A stretch of 58,336 nt of DNA from an uncultured Fluviicola sp. GTDB lineage: Bacteria > Bacteroidota > Bacteroidia > Flavobacteriales_D > Crocinitomicaceae. Made by a program: the position numbers and the translations under genes. Below are positions 37,846 to 47,709 of the stretch, piece by piece. Numbering within the stretch: the stretch's first letter is position 1; every line of letters begins with the position of its first letter. Under the pieces are notes generated by a model. That model saw only the letters and a list, made by a program, of their open reading frames with translations. It made no database searches and was not told the DNA's origin. The stretch is taken from the NCBI GenBank assembly GCA_964346075.1, contig CAYFTH010000001.1:1-58336 (forward strand), in the 5' to 3' direction.

Positions 37846-39460
37846 TTTGTTCTTGCTGATTGGTTTTCTCCTGTGCAGCATGAGCATTATGGGGCAGACC
37901 ACCAATAACGATGACGATGAAACCTGGTATCGCCGCAAATTTAAAATTGTTCTTTCCGATAATCAAACATTTCAAAATACAGATACCCTTCTTTCTCCGC
38001 TAAAATCTGGTTATTATTCTTTGGATGATAAACGACTCATTCTTTATTCCGATAATAATCGTGACTCTATCGTTCAAACATTACCCATTCTTGTAAAGAA
38101 CGATTACAAATTCTCATTAGAAAACGACGGAAAACGCATAACCTTTTTGAAAGAGAACAAGCAGCTCGCCTCTTCTTTTTCAATTAGCGGATTATTCCGT
38201 GGACTGCTCGGAATGCTGAGCTTATTACTAATCGCCTTTGCACTTAGCAAAAATCGTAAATATATCAACTGGAAATTGGTTGGAAAAGGTATTTTGCTCC
38301 AAATTGCGCTGGCTATATTGATCTTAAAAGTGCCTTACATAGAAACGGGTTTTGATTTTATCTCCAAAGCTTTTGTTCGTGTGGTAGATATGGCTCACGA
38401 GGGCGCTATGTTCGTATTTGGAAGCGTTGTAACGGGGAAAATGTCACCCATCGTGAAAAACTTTGTGACCTGGATTTTGCCCTCCGTCATCTTCTTCTCT
38501 GCTCTTTCAAGTTTGCTCTATTATTGGGGGATCCTTCAAAAAATAGTGTATGCAATGGCCTACATCATGAAACGTCTCATGGGTTTATCGGGTGCCGAAA
38601 GTGTAGCTGCCGCGGGTAATGTATTCATGGGGCAAACGGAAGCTCCGCTCTTGGTTAAACCCTATTTAGGGAAAATGACGAAAAGTGAGATTTTATGCCT
38701 TATGGCCGGAGGAATGGCCACGATTGCAGGCGGAGTACTCGCCTCTTACATCGGATTTTTAGGAGACGGAGATCCCCAACAAAAAGTCTTTTTTGCTAAA
38801 CACCTGCTTACAGCTTCAATCATGTCGGCACCAGCAGCAATCATATTCGCTAAAATTCTACTTCCGGAAACGGAAAATATCAATAAAGATCTGTCAATTT
38901 CAAAAAACAAGTTAGGAACAAATGCACTAGAAGCCATAACGAATGGGACAGTCGACGGTGTCAAGTTGGCCGTTAATGTGGCGGCAATGCTTATCGTTTT
39001 TGTTTCTCTCATCGCTTTGGCCAATTACATCCTTGCTAAATTCGGATATTATACGGGTATCAATGAGATTATCGCAGCTCACTCCTCGTTGTACGATGGA
39101 TTATCTTTTCAGTATATATTAGGAAATCTGCTATCCCCTATTGCCTGGTTGATGGGTGTTCCGTGGCAAGATACATTAATCATCGGCCAGTTACTGGGTG
39201 AAAAAACAATCATTAATGAATTTGTAGCTTATCCCCATTTGGGAGAATTACAAGATGAAATATCGGGTAAATCATTAATGATGGGCACTTACGTACTTTG
39301 CGGTTTTGCCAACTTTGCTTCTATTGGTATTCAGGTAGGAGGTATTGGTGCACTAGCTCCGGAAAAGAAACCTGTATTAGCCAAATACGGGGTGCTTTCA
39401 CTTATCGCTGGCACACTGGCATGTATGATGACTGCTACGATGGTAGGTATGTTATTTTAA
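37820..39460 (+). CDS. Concentrative nucleoside transporter (NupC/CNT family) with N-terminal extension
   Basis: FMGQTEAPL, GGMATIAGGV, EKTIINEFVAY, CGFANFASIGIQVGG; start placed at MKLID. Confidence 0.93.
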   Translation: MKLIDVHRNLFLLIGFLLCSMSIMGQTTNNDDDETWYRRKFKIVLSDNQTFQNTDTLLSPLKSGYYSLDDKRLILYSDNNRDSIVQTLPILVKNDYKFSLENDGKRITFLKENKQLASSFSISGLFRGLLGMLSLLLIAFALSKNRKYINWKLVGKGILLQIALAILILKVPYIETGFDFISKAFVRVVDMAHEGAMFVFGSVVTGKMSPIVKNFVTWILPSVIFFSALSSLLYYWGILQKIVYAMAYIMKRLMGLSGAESVAAAGNVFMGQTEAPLLVKPYLGKMTKSEILCLMAGGMATIAGGVLASYIGFLGDGDPQQKVFFAKHLLTASIMSAPAAIIFAKILLPETENINKDLSISKNKLGTNALEAITNGTVDGVKLAVNVAAMLIVFVSLIALANYILAKFGYYTGINEIIAAHSSLYDGLSFQYILGNLLSPIAWLMGVPWQDTLIIGQLLGEKTIINEFVAYPHLGELQDEISGKSLMMGTYVLCGFANFASIGIQVGGIGALAPEKKPVLAKYGVLSLIAGTLACMMTATMVGMLF

Positions 39461-39482
39461 TCAAAATAAACAATTAAAATCG

Positions 39483-40316
39483 ATGGTTTACGAAGGTCAA
39501 ATTCGGAAGATGAAAGTGGTACATGAAGATACAAATGATGTGCGATACACTTTTCGACTCGTCAACTATGAATCGGAGGATGAAACGAATTTCTCCATGA
39601 ACGAATTGATTGGCGGCAATATTGAAATGGTTTTTGACGGCAACATCATTTGTAAATCCTGTGGTAGAAAAACCAATAAATCCTTTTTGCAGGGATTTTG
39701 CTATCCGTGCTTTAAAAAAGCACCCCAGGCAGCAGAATGTATTATTAAACCCGAGCTATGCCAAGCTCATCTCGGAAAAGGGCGCGATCCTGAATGGGAG
39801 GAGAAGCATCACAATCAGCCACACATCGTGTACCTTGCCGCGAGTGATGTTGTCAAAGTTGGCGTTACGCGCGCTACACAAATTCCAACGCGTTGGATCG
39901 ATCAAGGTGCGCATCAATGTATTCGACTGGCCGAAACACCTAATCGCTACTTAGCAGGTCAACTCGAAGTCGCACTAAAAGATCAATTTACTGACCGGAC
40001 GAACTGGCGTAAAATGCTAAAAAATGAAATTGATGAATCTATTGACCTCGAATCGACCAAATGGGAAATGGAAGAACTTTTACCCGATGATTTGACGACT
40101 TATTTCAGTGAAAATGATGAATGCTATACCTTTGATTATCCTGTCGAGGCTTATCCCGAAAAAATAAAGAGTATTGGTTTTGATAAAGAACCGATTATTC
40201 AGGGGAAAGTACTAGGTATAAAAGGACAATATCTCCTTTTGGATGGCAACAGAGTCATGAACGTTCGCAAACACACGAGCTATTCGATCACATTCAACGT
40301 TCACGATGCGGAATAA
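39483..40316 (+). CDS. DUF2797 family putative zinc-binding protein
   Basis: CKSCG..T.KSF.QGFCYPC, H.VYLA, KVGVTR, RWIDQGA, GIKGQYL. Confidence 0.85.
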   Translation: MVYEGQIRKMKVVHEDTNDVRYTFRLVNYESEDETNFSMNELIGGNIEMVFDGNIICKSCGRKTNKSFLQGFCYPCFKKAPQAAECIIKPELCQAHLGKGRDPEWEEKHHNQPHIVYLAASDVVKVGVTRATQIPTRWIDQGAHQCIRLAETPNRYLAGQLEVALKDQFTDRTNWRKMLKNEIDESIDLESTKWEMEELLPDDLTTYFSENDECYTFDYPVEAYPEKIKSIGFDKEPIIQGKVLGIKGQYLLLDGNRVMNVRKHTSYSITFNVHDAE

Positions 40317-40385
40317 TAATCTCCTATTGAGGATTTATAAGTTGAAATAATTCCTTTCCAGGAATTTCATACCTTAGCAACTCAG

Positions 40386-40976
40386 ATGAAAGTCAATTAT
40401 GGCCTCATAGTAATAATCGTCATCGCGAGCTGGATCAGTCCATTATACCATATTCGTTCTTCTGGTATCCAAAACATTCAAAAAATTGCGGAGGCTTATG
40501 CTGATGATTACTCCGGTGGTCTTTACTCGTGGATTTCTGAAAGCATTTCATGGACCGACAAACAAATCAATCAGGAACAACGAGCGCATTTCAACAATCC
40601 CAATCACTTTATCTTTTACAGCTTTGAAACCGGATATACATCAATCGGTGCAACAAAAATGGCTGTTAATAATGCGCGCTATTCAATTTACAATCCCATT
40701 CATCTATTAGGAACGGGTATAGCTGTTCTACTATTAATACAATGCCTACTCATGCGCATCACGCTCAACCATGGAAATGGAATACTGGCTATCATCAATC
40801 TACTTTTACTGATTGCCTTGTTGGGCAATAGTGTCAGGCATAACTTTTTTGAAGGATGCCTTTCAGGAGCTTTATCATTTATTCTATTCCAAAGCTTGTA
40901 CCTCGTCATTCATCATCGCCGGCGCATCAAAATTAAAGTCGATACACTATCGAGAGGTTCAATTTCAAACAAATAA
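40386..40976 (+). CDS. Hypothetical membrane protein
   Basis: ATG start, fills the intergenic gap, about 4 hydrophobic segments; no family recognised. Confidence 0.55.
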   Translation: MKVNYGLIVIIVIASWISPLYHIRSSGIQNIQKIAEAYADDYSGGLYSWISESISWTDKQINQEQRAHFNNPNHFIFYSFETGYTSIGATKMAVNNARYSIYNPIHLLGTGIAVLLLIQCLLMRITLNHGNGILAIINLLLLIALLGNSVRHNFFEGCLSGALSFILFQSLYLVIHHRRRIKIKVDTLSRGSISNK

Positions 40977-40977
40977 G

Positions 40978-41688
40978 CTACAACTCTTTACCGTGAAACA
41001 TATTTGTGAGCGCTTTATAATCCCCTGTGTAATGTCCATCATGATCTCTTATTGTCAAAGGGCGAAGCGTTTCAAGCGCATCATGATAGTTGTTATGAAT
41101 AAATGTAAGGACGATTCGGACGGGACGATCAGGCTTACCGTTAACGACCTGTTCGCGACTCATTGCTAAGCCGTGGTATAACGCTTCTTCCCGGACAACT
41201 CTTTTTTGATCTACCGGTACAATTAAAGTACAGCTTCCGGTTGGCCTCAAGACACGACTAACAGTTTGAAAGAAAAGGTAAAAAGAAAATTTAGTATCAT
41301 GGCGCGCGATATTTCTGGTAGCTGAAGATGAATGATAGTCCCTGGCGAAAAATGGTGGGTTGGAAACAATCAAGTCGTATTTTTCGTTAACATTCACGTC
41401 CTCTATAGATGTTGTTATGGCTTTTAATCGATCAGCAAAGGAGGAATTTTTAAAATTTTTATCAGCGAGCTGAGCAGCCTGAGACTGCACATCAATCCCT
41501 GTCACGCAGGCGCCCTGATAGCGTTGTGCCATCATGAGTGCCACCACTCCCGTACCTGTTCCTACATCTAATATTTTTCGCGGTTGCTCATGATTTACGA
41601 GTGCTCCTAACAACATTGCATCTGTGCCGACTTTATGCACATCACATTGCTGATCAACTTGAAAATACTTGAATTGAAAAGGCTTCAT
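40978..41688 (-). CDS. tRNA1(Val) A37 N6-methyltransferase (YfiC/TrmN6-like)
   Basis: FQFKYF, KVGTDAMLLGA, LDVGTGTG, SNPPFF, ARH. Confidence 0.9.
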   Translation of the reverse strand: MKPFQFKYFQVDQQCDVHKVGTDAMLLGALVNHEQPRKILDVGTGTGVVALMMAQRYQGACVTGIDVQSQAAQLADKNFKNSSFADRLKAITTSIEDVNVNEKYDLIVSNPPFFARDYHSSSATRNIARHDTKFSFYLFFQTVSRVLRPTGSCTLIVPVDQKRVVREEALYHGLAMSREQVVNGKPDRPVRIVLTFIHNNYHDALETLRPLTIRDHDGHYTGDYKALTNMFHGKEL

Positions 41689-42230
41689 TACGCATTGAGG
41701 TACATATCGATCAAACCTTCCGGAGCATCTACGTATAGTGTTCGTTCTTCCCGGTCTACTCTTTCAACCAACCCGGTATTCAAAGGCAATAGGACTTCTT
41801 TTTCTTCACCGTCTTGATTGTGTATAACGCGCAATAAAGGATTATTCTCGTAATCTACGACCTCAATTAATTCGCCTATCATCCCTTTCACCTCGTCCTG
41901 AACGTCAAACCCAACAACCTCGTGATCATAAAAATGAGCTCCATCCAATTTTGGTAATACGGTTAGCGGTAAGTAAATTTCTTTCTGCAACAGTTGGCGT
42001 GCTTCTTTTTCACCTTGAACACCTTCGAGGCGTACACGCGCAAAACGGTTACTCCTGAGATCAATCTTTTCAATAAAAAAAGGAGTCAAGTGTCCGTTAA
42101 GGTCAATAAAAACAGCATCCAGATTGGCGTAGTCTTCAGGGTGAGAGGTATCAAAAAAAAGCGAAACTTCACCTTTATACCCGTGAAGTTTCGCTACATG
42201 ACCTAATTGAAAGCAATCGGCTTTTTTCAT
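41688..42230 (-). CDS. rimM: Ribosome maturation factor RimM
   Basis: G.VAKLHGYKGEV, FYDHEVVG, PEGLID; downstream of rpsP. Confidence 0.96.
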   Translation of the reverse strand: MKKADCFQLGHVAKLHGYKGEVSLFFDTSHPEDYANLDAVFIDLNGHLTPFFIEKIDLRSNRFARVRLEGVQGEKEARQLLQKEIYLPLTVLPKLDGAHFYDHEVVGFDVQDEVKGMIGELIEVVDYENNPLLRVIHNQDGEEKEVLLPLNTGLVERVDREERTLYVDAPEGLIDMYLNA

Positions 42231-42247
42231 GTTTTAGAACAAAGCAA

Positions 42248-42925
42248 TTACTTATCTTCTTTTTTCTCTTCTTCTTTTCCTTCCTCTGCAGCGGGTTTTT
42301 CTTCCGCTTTGGGCTCATCTGCCTTTTTCTCCTCTTTCGCTTCAGCTTTCTCCTCTTTCTTTTCCTCTTCTTTAGCTGGTGCTTCCTCTTTCGCCTCTGC
42401 TTTTTCTTCAGAAGGTATTTCCTCAGCTGTAGCTTCTTCAGCAGGCGCTTCTTCAGCTACCTCTTCTGGTGCGTTTTTCGCTGCGATTTCCTTAGCGCGC
42501 GCATCACTTTTTGCTTTTTCAGCAGCCATACGCTCTTCTTCCGCCTTCTTGGCAGACTCAGAAATTCCTTCCGTTTGCTTAGCAATACGTGCTTCCTTGT
42601 CTTTCAACCATTCAGCAAACTTTTTCTCTACATCTTCTTCGGTGTGTGCGCCTTTTGTCACCCCTTTCAGCAAGTGATTTTTGTACAACACTCCTTTGTA
42701 AGAAAGGATGGCACGAGCAGTATCAGACATCTCAGCGCCTGTAGACACCCAATTTAATGATCGATCGAAATCGATATCAATACGTGCTGGATTCGTATTG
42801 GGATTGTACGAACCTAATTTTTCGATGAAGCGACCATCTCGTTTTGAACGAGAATCCGCAACTACTACGTGGTAAAAAGGATAACCTTTCTTACCAAATC
42901 TTTGCAATCTAATTTTTGTTGCCAT
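42248..42925 (-). CDS. rpsP: 30S ribosomal protein S16 with long E/K/A-rich tail
   Basis: KIRLQRFGKK..PFYHVVVADSRSKRDGRFIEKLGSYNP. Confidence 0.98.
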   Translation of the reverse strand: MATKIRLQRFGKKGYPFYHVVVADSRSKRDGRFIEKLGSYNPNTNPARIDIDFDRSLNWVSTGAEMSDTARAILSYKGVLYKNHLLKGVTKGAHTEEDVEKKFAEWLKDKEARIAKQTEGISESAKKAEEERMAAEKAKSDARAKEIAAKNAPEEVAEEAPAEEATAEEIPSEEKAEAKEEAPAKEEEKKEEKAEAKEEKKADEPKAEEKPAAEEGKEEEKKEDK

Positions 42926-43087
42926 AATGTTTTATTGGTTGAGGTACGAAACCTCGGTTAATAATTAATTTTAATAAGTGTGCAAAAGTACGGTTTTTAT
43001 TTAGTTTTTACAATAGTTGCTCGAAAATATTTAACACATAAAGTTGGCCGTGCCGAACTTCTTTCAGTTGGTTCCCTGCTCCTACTT

Positions 43088-43178
43088 CAACATTCTCTAT
43101 TTTCCTATCCGCATTTTTTTTCTTTGAGCCACTCATGTGTTGAGTCGTAAACAAACGGATGATACGACAAAGATTAGC
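43088..43178 (+). repeat. Degenerate copy of the DUF1015 promoter/start region (left repeat flanking HigBA)
   Basis: Aligns by hand to 44142-44234 with 10 substitutions and 2 one-base gaps over 93 columns. Confidence 0.92.
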
Positions 43179-43303
43179 CTCAAGACAAAGCAACAGGAAT
43201 CGCGGGGAATATTGGGCACCAATACCATACTAAACAACCTCAATTTGGTTCTAATCTAAAGTTAGACGCTTCATCTAAAAATTATATGATCGCATTACAA
43301 ATT

Positions 43304-43696
43304 TTAAGCAGACATTAATAAAAAATGAGCGTCAATTCCCAATTTGGTATGCAATTTTTTTGCTAATTCAATGCTCAGCTTTCTTTTACCAGAAAGCAAT
43401 CCAGAAATAGAGGACTCACTAATTCCAAGCATAGCAGCCAGTTGTTTTTGTCTCCAACCTTTTTCATACATCTTGAAGCGAAGCATATCAGCAAGTGATT
43501 CAGGTGTCTTCATTGGCATTAATGGAATATCATCCTCAAATCGCTCTGCCATTACAGACAATTGAGAGAGCTTTGACCTGTCTGACTTAGGCAGGTTTTC
43601 AAAACCACCAAATTCAGTAGCCTTTTGGAGTAATGCCTCTATCTTATTCATTACTTTATCGTACTCTTTTCTTGTTGTTATCTTTTCTGCTTTCAT
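43304..43696 (-). CDS. higA: HigA-family antitoxin (XRE HTH)
   Basis: 'ITTRKEYDKVM..IEALL' N-terminus; HTH 'WRQKQLAAMLGISESSISGLLSGKRKLS'; downstream of the toxin gene. Confidence 0.88.
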   Translation of the reverse strand: MKAEKITTRKEYDKVMNKIEALLQKATEFGGFENLPKSDRSKLSQLSVMAERFEDDIPLMPMKTPESLADMLRFKMYEKGWRQKQLAAMLGISESSISGLLSGKRKLSIELAKKLHTKLGIDAHFLLMSA

Positions 43697-43714
43697 TGCT
43701 CAAAATTTAAATCA

Positions 43715-44008
43715 TCAAACTAATGCACAATCAATTTTATCATATTCACTATGGGTTCCAATGAATCGAACATAGATAGTCCTTATGTCAAAAAATATCA
43801 TTGTTATCAACCTGTAACTATTTCCTTTAATATTGAACACATATCTGTCGTTTCCAACTGCATCTACAGAATTGAATGTCTTTTTCATTTCTGGAAAGTT
43901 TTTCCAATCTGCTAATTTTGTTTCCTCGTACCATCTATTCAGCGGTTCGACAGCATCTGCATGTTTAATTCCAAATTCAACTAAAATAGCTTTTGAAATG
44001 ATTACCAT
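43715..44008 (-). CDS. higB: HigB-family mRNA interferase toxin
   Basis: MVIISK..L.EF, 'W...ADW', 'RYVFNIKGNSYRLI', 'RFIGTHSEYDKID'; start corrected to MVIIS (97 aa). Confidence 0.93.
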   Translation of the reverse strand: MVIISKAILVEFGIKHADAVEPLNRWYEETKLADWKNFPEMKKTFNSVDAVGNDRYVFNIKGNSYRLITMIFFDIRTIYVRFIGTHSEYDKIDCALV

Positions 44009-44141
44009 ACATATAATTATGTTGTAAATATATAAATTTTCTTTCATGTTTTGAAATTTTATTTCATTTAACATTACTCTATACTCAAGTAATAGAAGAA
44101 TACATCAAAAAAATTTCAATATCTTTGCTTCAATCCAAATC

Positions 44142-44234
44142 CAACATTCTTTATTTTCCTATTCGCATTTTTTTATCTTTGAGCAACTCACATGTTGAGT
44201 CTTAAACGAACGGATTATTATGACAAAAATTAGC
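44142..44234 (+). repeat. Intact copy of the ~90-bp repeat, containing the TATCTTTG -7 box (44174-44181) and the DUF1015 start codon
   Basis: Matches 43088-43178; includes ACTCA-N5-TGAGT inverted repeat at 44186-44200. Confidence 0.92.
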
Positions 44235-45464
44235 GCTTTTCGAGCTGTGCGTCCGACCCGGGACAAGGCACACTTGGTAGCTTCCAGGGCGGTGGCTACT
44301 TATAAACCAGCAATTCTCGCAGCAAAACTGGAGTCTAACCCTTTCACGTTTATTCATATTATTCATCCAGAATATTTTGAAGACGATGATAATCGAACAG
44401 CACCCAATACACCCGAGCGCTTTAATAAAGTCAGAAATAAATTCGAAGCGTTCAAGAAAGAAGGCATCTTTATTCAGGACGAGCACGAGCAATTGTATGT
44501 ATATCGCCAAACAAAAGGAGATGCAGCTTTTCTTGGAGTCATTGGTGGTGCCAGTGCGGAAGAATATCAAAATGACCAGATTAAAAAACACGAGGCGACA
44601 TTGACTTCTCGCGAGGAAATGTTTACCAATTACCTGGATATCGTTGGTTTTAATGCAGAACCCGTACTACTAAGTCACCGAAAAAGTAAGCAGGTGGATG
44701 CGTTATTAAACGAGATCATACAAAAACGCCCTGAATATGAATTCACAACGACTGACACTACTTCACATGAACTCTGGTTAACATCTCCAGAAGAAACAAA
44801 GGCACTGCAAGATGCGTACGATAAGATCGAATCCGTTTACATCGCCGATGGTCATCATCGATCAGCATCCTCTGTTCGACTCATGGATTTACACCGTGAA
44901 CGTGGAAATTACTCAAAAGAGAAAAATTACAACGCTTTCTTAAGCTTTTTTATAGACGAGGAACGGCTGCAGATTTTACCTTTTAACCGAATTTGTAAGT
45001 CGTTGAACGGACTTTCACCATCAGATTTTATCGAAAAATGTAAAGTGGTTTTTGACGTCGAAACAATTAATAAACAGTCCGAAATCAAAGAACTTCACAT
45101 ATTTCATGTTTACCTCAATCAGCAATGGTATCGGTTCCGTCTCAAAGATGAATACCGCAATTTCGATGATGCTGTCAATGCTATTGATGCAGAAATTCTG
45201 ACAAAATATATTCTGGATCCAATTTTGGGTATCAAGGATCTCAAGATCGACGATAGTATTTCTTTTGTTAGTGGTGATAAAGGTAAAAGTGCGATTGAAC
45301 AAGCGATCGACAATGATGTTTATCATATAGGATTTGAGCTCTACCCAGTTACGATGAATCAATTGAAATCAGTGGCTGACGAACACAAAATCATGCCGCC
45401 CAAATCAACTTGGGTGGAGCCCAAAATGAGAAGTGGTTTAACGATATATAAGATAGACGAATGA
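44220..45464 (+). CDS. DUF1015 family protein
   Basis: KISAFRAVRP, IKKHEAT, YIADGHHRSAS, IMPPKSTWVEPKMRSGL. Confidence 0.92.
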   Translation: MTKISAFRAVRPTRDKAHLVASRAVATYKPAILAAKLESNPFTFIHIIHPEYFEDDDNRTAPNTPERFNKVRNKFEAFKKEGIFIQDEHEQLYVYRQTKGDAAFLGVIGGASAEEYQNDQIKKHEATLTSREEMFTNYLDIVGFNAEPVLLSHRKSKQVDALLNEIIQKRPEYEFTTTDTTSHELWLTSPEETKALQDAYDKIESVYIADGHHRSASSVRLMDLHRERGNYSKEKNYNAFLSFFIDEERLQILPFNRICKSLNGLSPSDFIEKCKVVFDVETINKQSEIKELHIFHVYLNQQWYRFRLKDEYRNFDDAVNAIDAEILTKYILDPILGIKDLKIDDSISFVSGDKGKSAIEQAIDNDVYHIGFELYPVTMNQLKSVADEHKIMPPKSTWVEPKMRSGLTIYKIDE

Positions 45465-46123
45465 TTAAAGAAAATCTCGAAAAAATAAAAAAGGAAATTC
45501 CAGAAGACGTAACGCTTGTAGCCGTGTCCAAGACGAAGCCCAATGAAGACCTCATGGAGGCCTATAATACGGGTCATCGCATTTTTGGAGAGAATCGCGT
45601 ACAGGAACTCACGAAAAAAGCAGAGGAACTTCCTGACGATATCCAATGGCACATGATCGGTCACTTACAATCGAACAAAGTAAAATATCTAGCTCCGTTC
45701 ATTACGTTAATCCATGGTGTGCACAAGCAAAAACTGTTGAAGGAAATCAATAAACAAGCAAAAAAAGTGGATCGTGCGATCGATGTTTTATTGCAGTTTC
45801 ATATCGCTCAGGAAGATTCTAAATTTGGATTTGACTTTGAAGAGGCAAAGGAAATGCTGGAAAGTGATGCGTTTAAAAGCTACGAAAATGTAAATATTCG
45901 CGGCGTAATGGGCATGGCAACCTTCACAGAGAATAAAGAGCAGATCGAGGATGAATTTCGCACCTTGAACAATTATTTTGAAGTTTTCAAAAGCCATTAC
46001 TTTAAATTTAAAGAAGATTTTGATATTCTATCCATGGGAATGAGTGGTGACTATGATATAGCGATCGAAGAAGGCAGCAATATGATTCGTGTTGGAAGTA
46101 AAATATTTGGTGAACGCAAATGA
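45461..46123 (+). CDS. yggS: YggS/PLPBP pyridoxal-phosphate homeostasis protein
   Basis: LVAVSKTKP, FGENRVQE, WHMIGHLQSNKVK, LSMGMSGD, IRVGSKIFG. Confidence 0.97.
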   Translation: MIKENLEKIKKEIPEDVTLVAVSKTKPNEDLMEAYNTGHRIFGENRVQELTKKAEELPDDIQWHMIGHLQSNKVKYLAPFITLIHGVHKQKLLKEINKQAKKVDRAIDVLLQFHIAQEDSKFGFDFEEAKEMLESDAFKSYENVNIRGVMGMATFTENKEQIEDEFRTLNNYFEVFKSHYFKFKEDFDILSMGMSGDYDIAIEEGSNMIRVGSKIFGERK

Positions 46124-46740
46124 AATTGATCTGTTCAAATATACTCGTTGTAATGGTTATGTGCAGTTTTATCGCAAATTCGCAAAACAGCTACATCGAT
46201 AGTCTTCAACGAGAACGACAACAATTTGAGGACACTTTGTTGTCAACGGATTATTTAATCAACAAAATGGAACGCAACGGTATCAAAGCGCTCAGCTATT
46301 TTCCCGTTGACACTACCTGGGTGATTGAGGGACACCTCATCAAAGACAAAGGAAAGTCATTTTCAATGCCCACATCCACCGAACGAAAACCGAAATACAG
46401 ACGTTATGGTTGGCTTTGTTTACAGCATGGTAACCACACCTTTCGACTGGCTGCTTATAAGAACCTCGAACTGAAAGAAAAAAAATACCGCAATTACTTG
46501 TTTGTCCCTTTCAAAGATGCGAATGCACCACGATCAACTTATGGTGGAGGAAGGTATATAGAGTTGTATCGTGAACGCGGCACTAAGGCGATTACTGTCG
46601 ATTTCAACACCGCTTTCAACCCATACTGCGTTTACTCGCATCGTTTCTCATGTCCGATAACGCCAGAAGTCAATCATTTGAACTTTCCCATCGAAGCAGG
46701 AGAAAAAAATCCCGTTTTAAAGAAATCGGACAATCGTTAG
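46120..46740 (+). CDS. DUF1684 family exported protein
   Basis: LFVPFKD, TYGGGRY, DFNTAFNPYCVY...SCP, AGEK. Confidence 0.9.
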   Translation: MKLICSNILVVMVMCSFIANSQNSYIDSLQRERQQFEDTLLSTDYLINKMERNGIKALSYFPVDTTWVIEGHLIKDKGKSFSMPTSTERKPKYRRYGWLCLQHGNHTFRLAAYKNLELKEKKYRNYLFVPFKDANAPRSTYGGGRYIELYRERGTKAITVDFNTAFNPYCVYSHRFSCPITPEVNHLNFPIEAGEKNPVLKKSDNR

Positions 46741-46969
46741 GATCTTTGTCTTTCATCTGACTAACGAAATGCGATACTCGCCATGAAAAAGACATAGTTC
46801 CGCGGAGAGATCGTTCAGCAAAACAGGATGAATAAGCGCGCTACAAGTTTACAGTTGTTTTACTGTATGATCCTGTGTCTCAAAAGAACGCAACACATGA
46901 CTTTTCGTGTAGAGGTGAACCTTTATTTTTCACTTTGTTAACGTTCTGACCGGTATTTAAAACAAGCAA

Positions 46970-47677
46970 TCATTCTTCGCAAGGCAACGTGTAATCCCAC
47001 TGAAAGTCTTTAAAAGTAATCCGTGACTCGTACCAGATCGTTTTGGCGCGCACATTCAATGTATCATCCTGACGGAAATGAATATAATGTTCGGCCTTTG
47101 GCAGCATCAAATCACTCTTATCAAAATTAATTGCTCCAGTGACTTTTAAACTTTGAACGATATCCTCCTGTTCAGTAGAATTTAGTCCACGTGCTTTGCA
47201 TTGGAGATAGTTTGATTTTTCAAGATAAACCAAAGCTGAATCTTTAGGGAGACGTATAAAAGTCCCCATCCCCTCATATGCCTCTCTTCGTTTGAGTTCT
47301 GTAGCCGATTCTACTGGTTCGACAACGGTAATATAACTATCCTCATACAATGAAAATGTCAATTGCTGTGGTGAACCCTCCTCCCGTTGGAGTAAGTAAA
47401 CTTTCGGGTAAACATCTTGATCTTTAAGACTTTCTCCAAAATTCACGGATGCCTGATTGAGAAATTCAATCGCTTCCTTTGCTGTAAATTCTTGTAATTG
47501 GGAGTTGTCAGCCAAATGATGATCAGGAACAACCATTACTTTATCCAGAATTGCATTTTTGACCCGATTTTGAGGAGTCCATGAGCAACCTCGGTTCTGA
47601 AAGAAAATCAGAACAAATATTAAACCAATTAAAAACCCAAAAAGATAAAATCGTAGCCTTTTCCAGAATCCACTCAT
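46970..47677 (-). CDS. Membrane-anchored hypothetical protein (DUF4258-like)
   Basis: 'RLRFYLFGFLIGLIFV', 'CSWTPQNRV'; two similar V/INF..S segments. Confidence 0.55.
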   Translation of the reverse strand: MSGFWKRLRFYLFGFLIGLIFVLIFFQNRGCSWTPQNRVKNAILDKVMVVPDHHLADNSQLQEFTAKEAIEFLNQASVNFGESLKDQDVYPKVYLLQREEGSPQQLTFSLYEDSYITVVEPVESATELKRREAYEGMGTFIRLPKDSALVYLEKSNYLQCKARGLNSTEQEDIVQSLKVTGAINFDKSDLMLPKAEHYIHFRQDDTLNVRAKTIWYESRITFKDFQWDYTLPCEE

Positions 47678-47709
47678 GATATTATATTTCTCGCAAAAAT
47701 AGCTTTCCT

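Noticed and set aside
42207-42677. S/F/A-rich 156-aa ORF and apparent repeats
   Set aside because: Mirror of the low-complexity E/K/A tail of S16; such tails are usual in Bacteroidota.
44009-44074. Extended N-terminus of HigB and a dif-like ATTATGTTG motif
   Set aside because: HigB homology starts at MVIIS. The motif does not give a convincing 28-bp XerC/XerD site.
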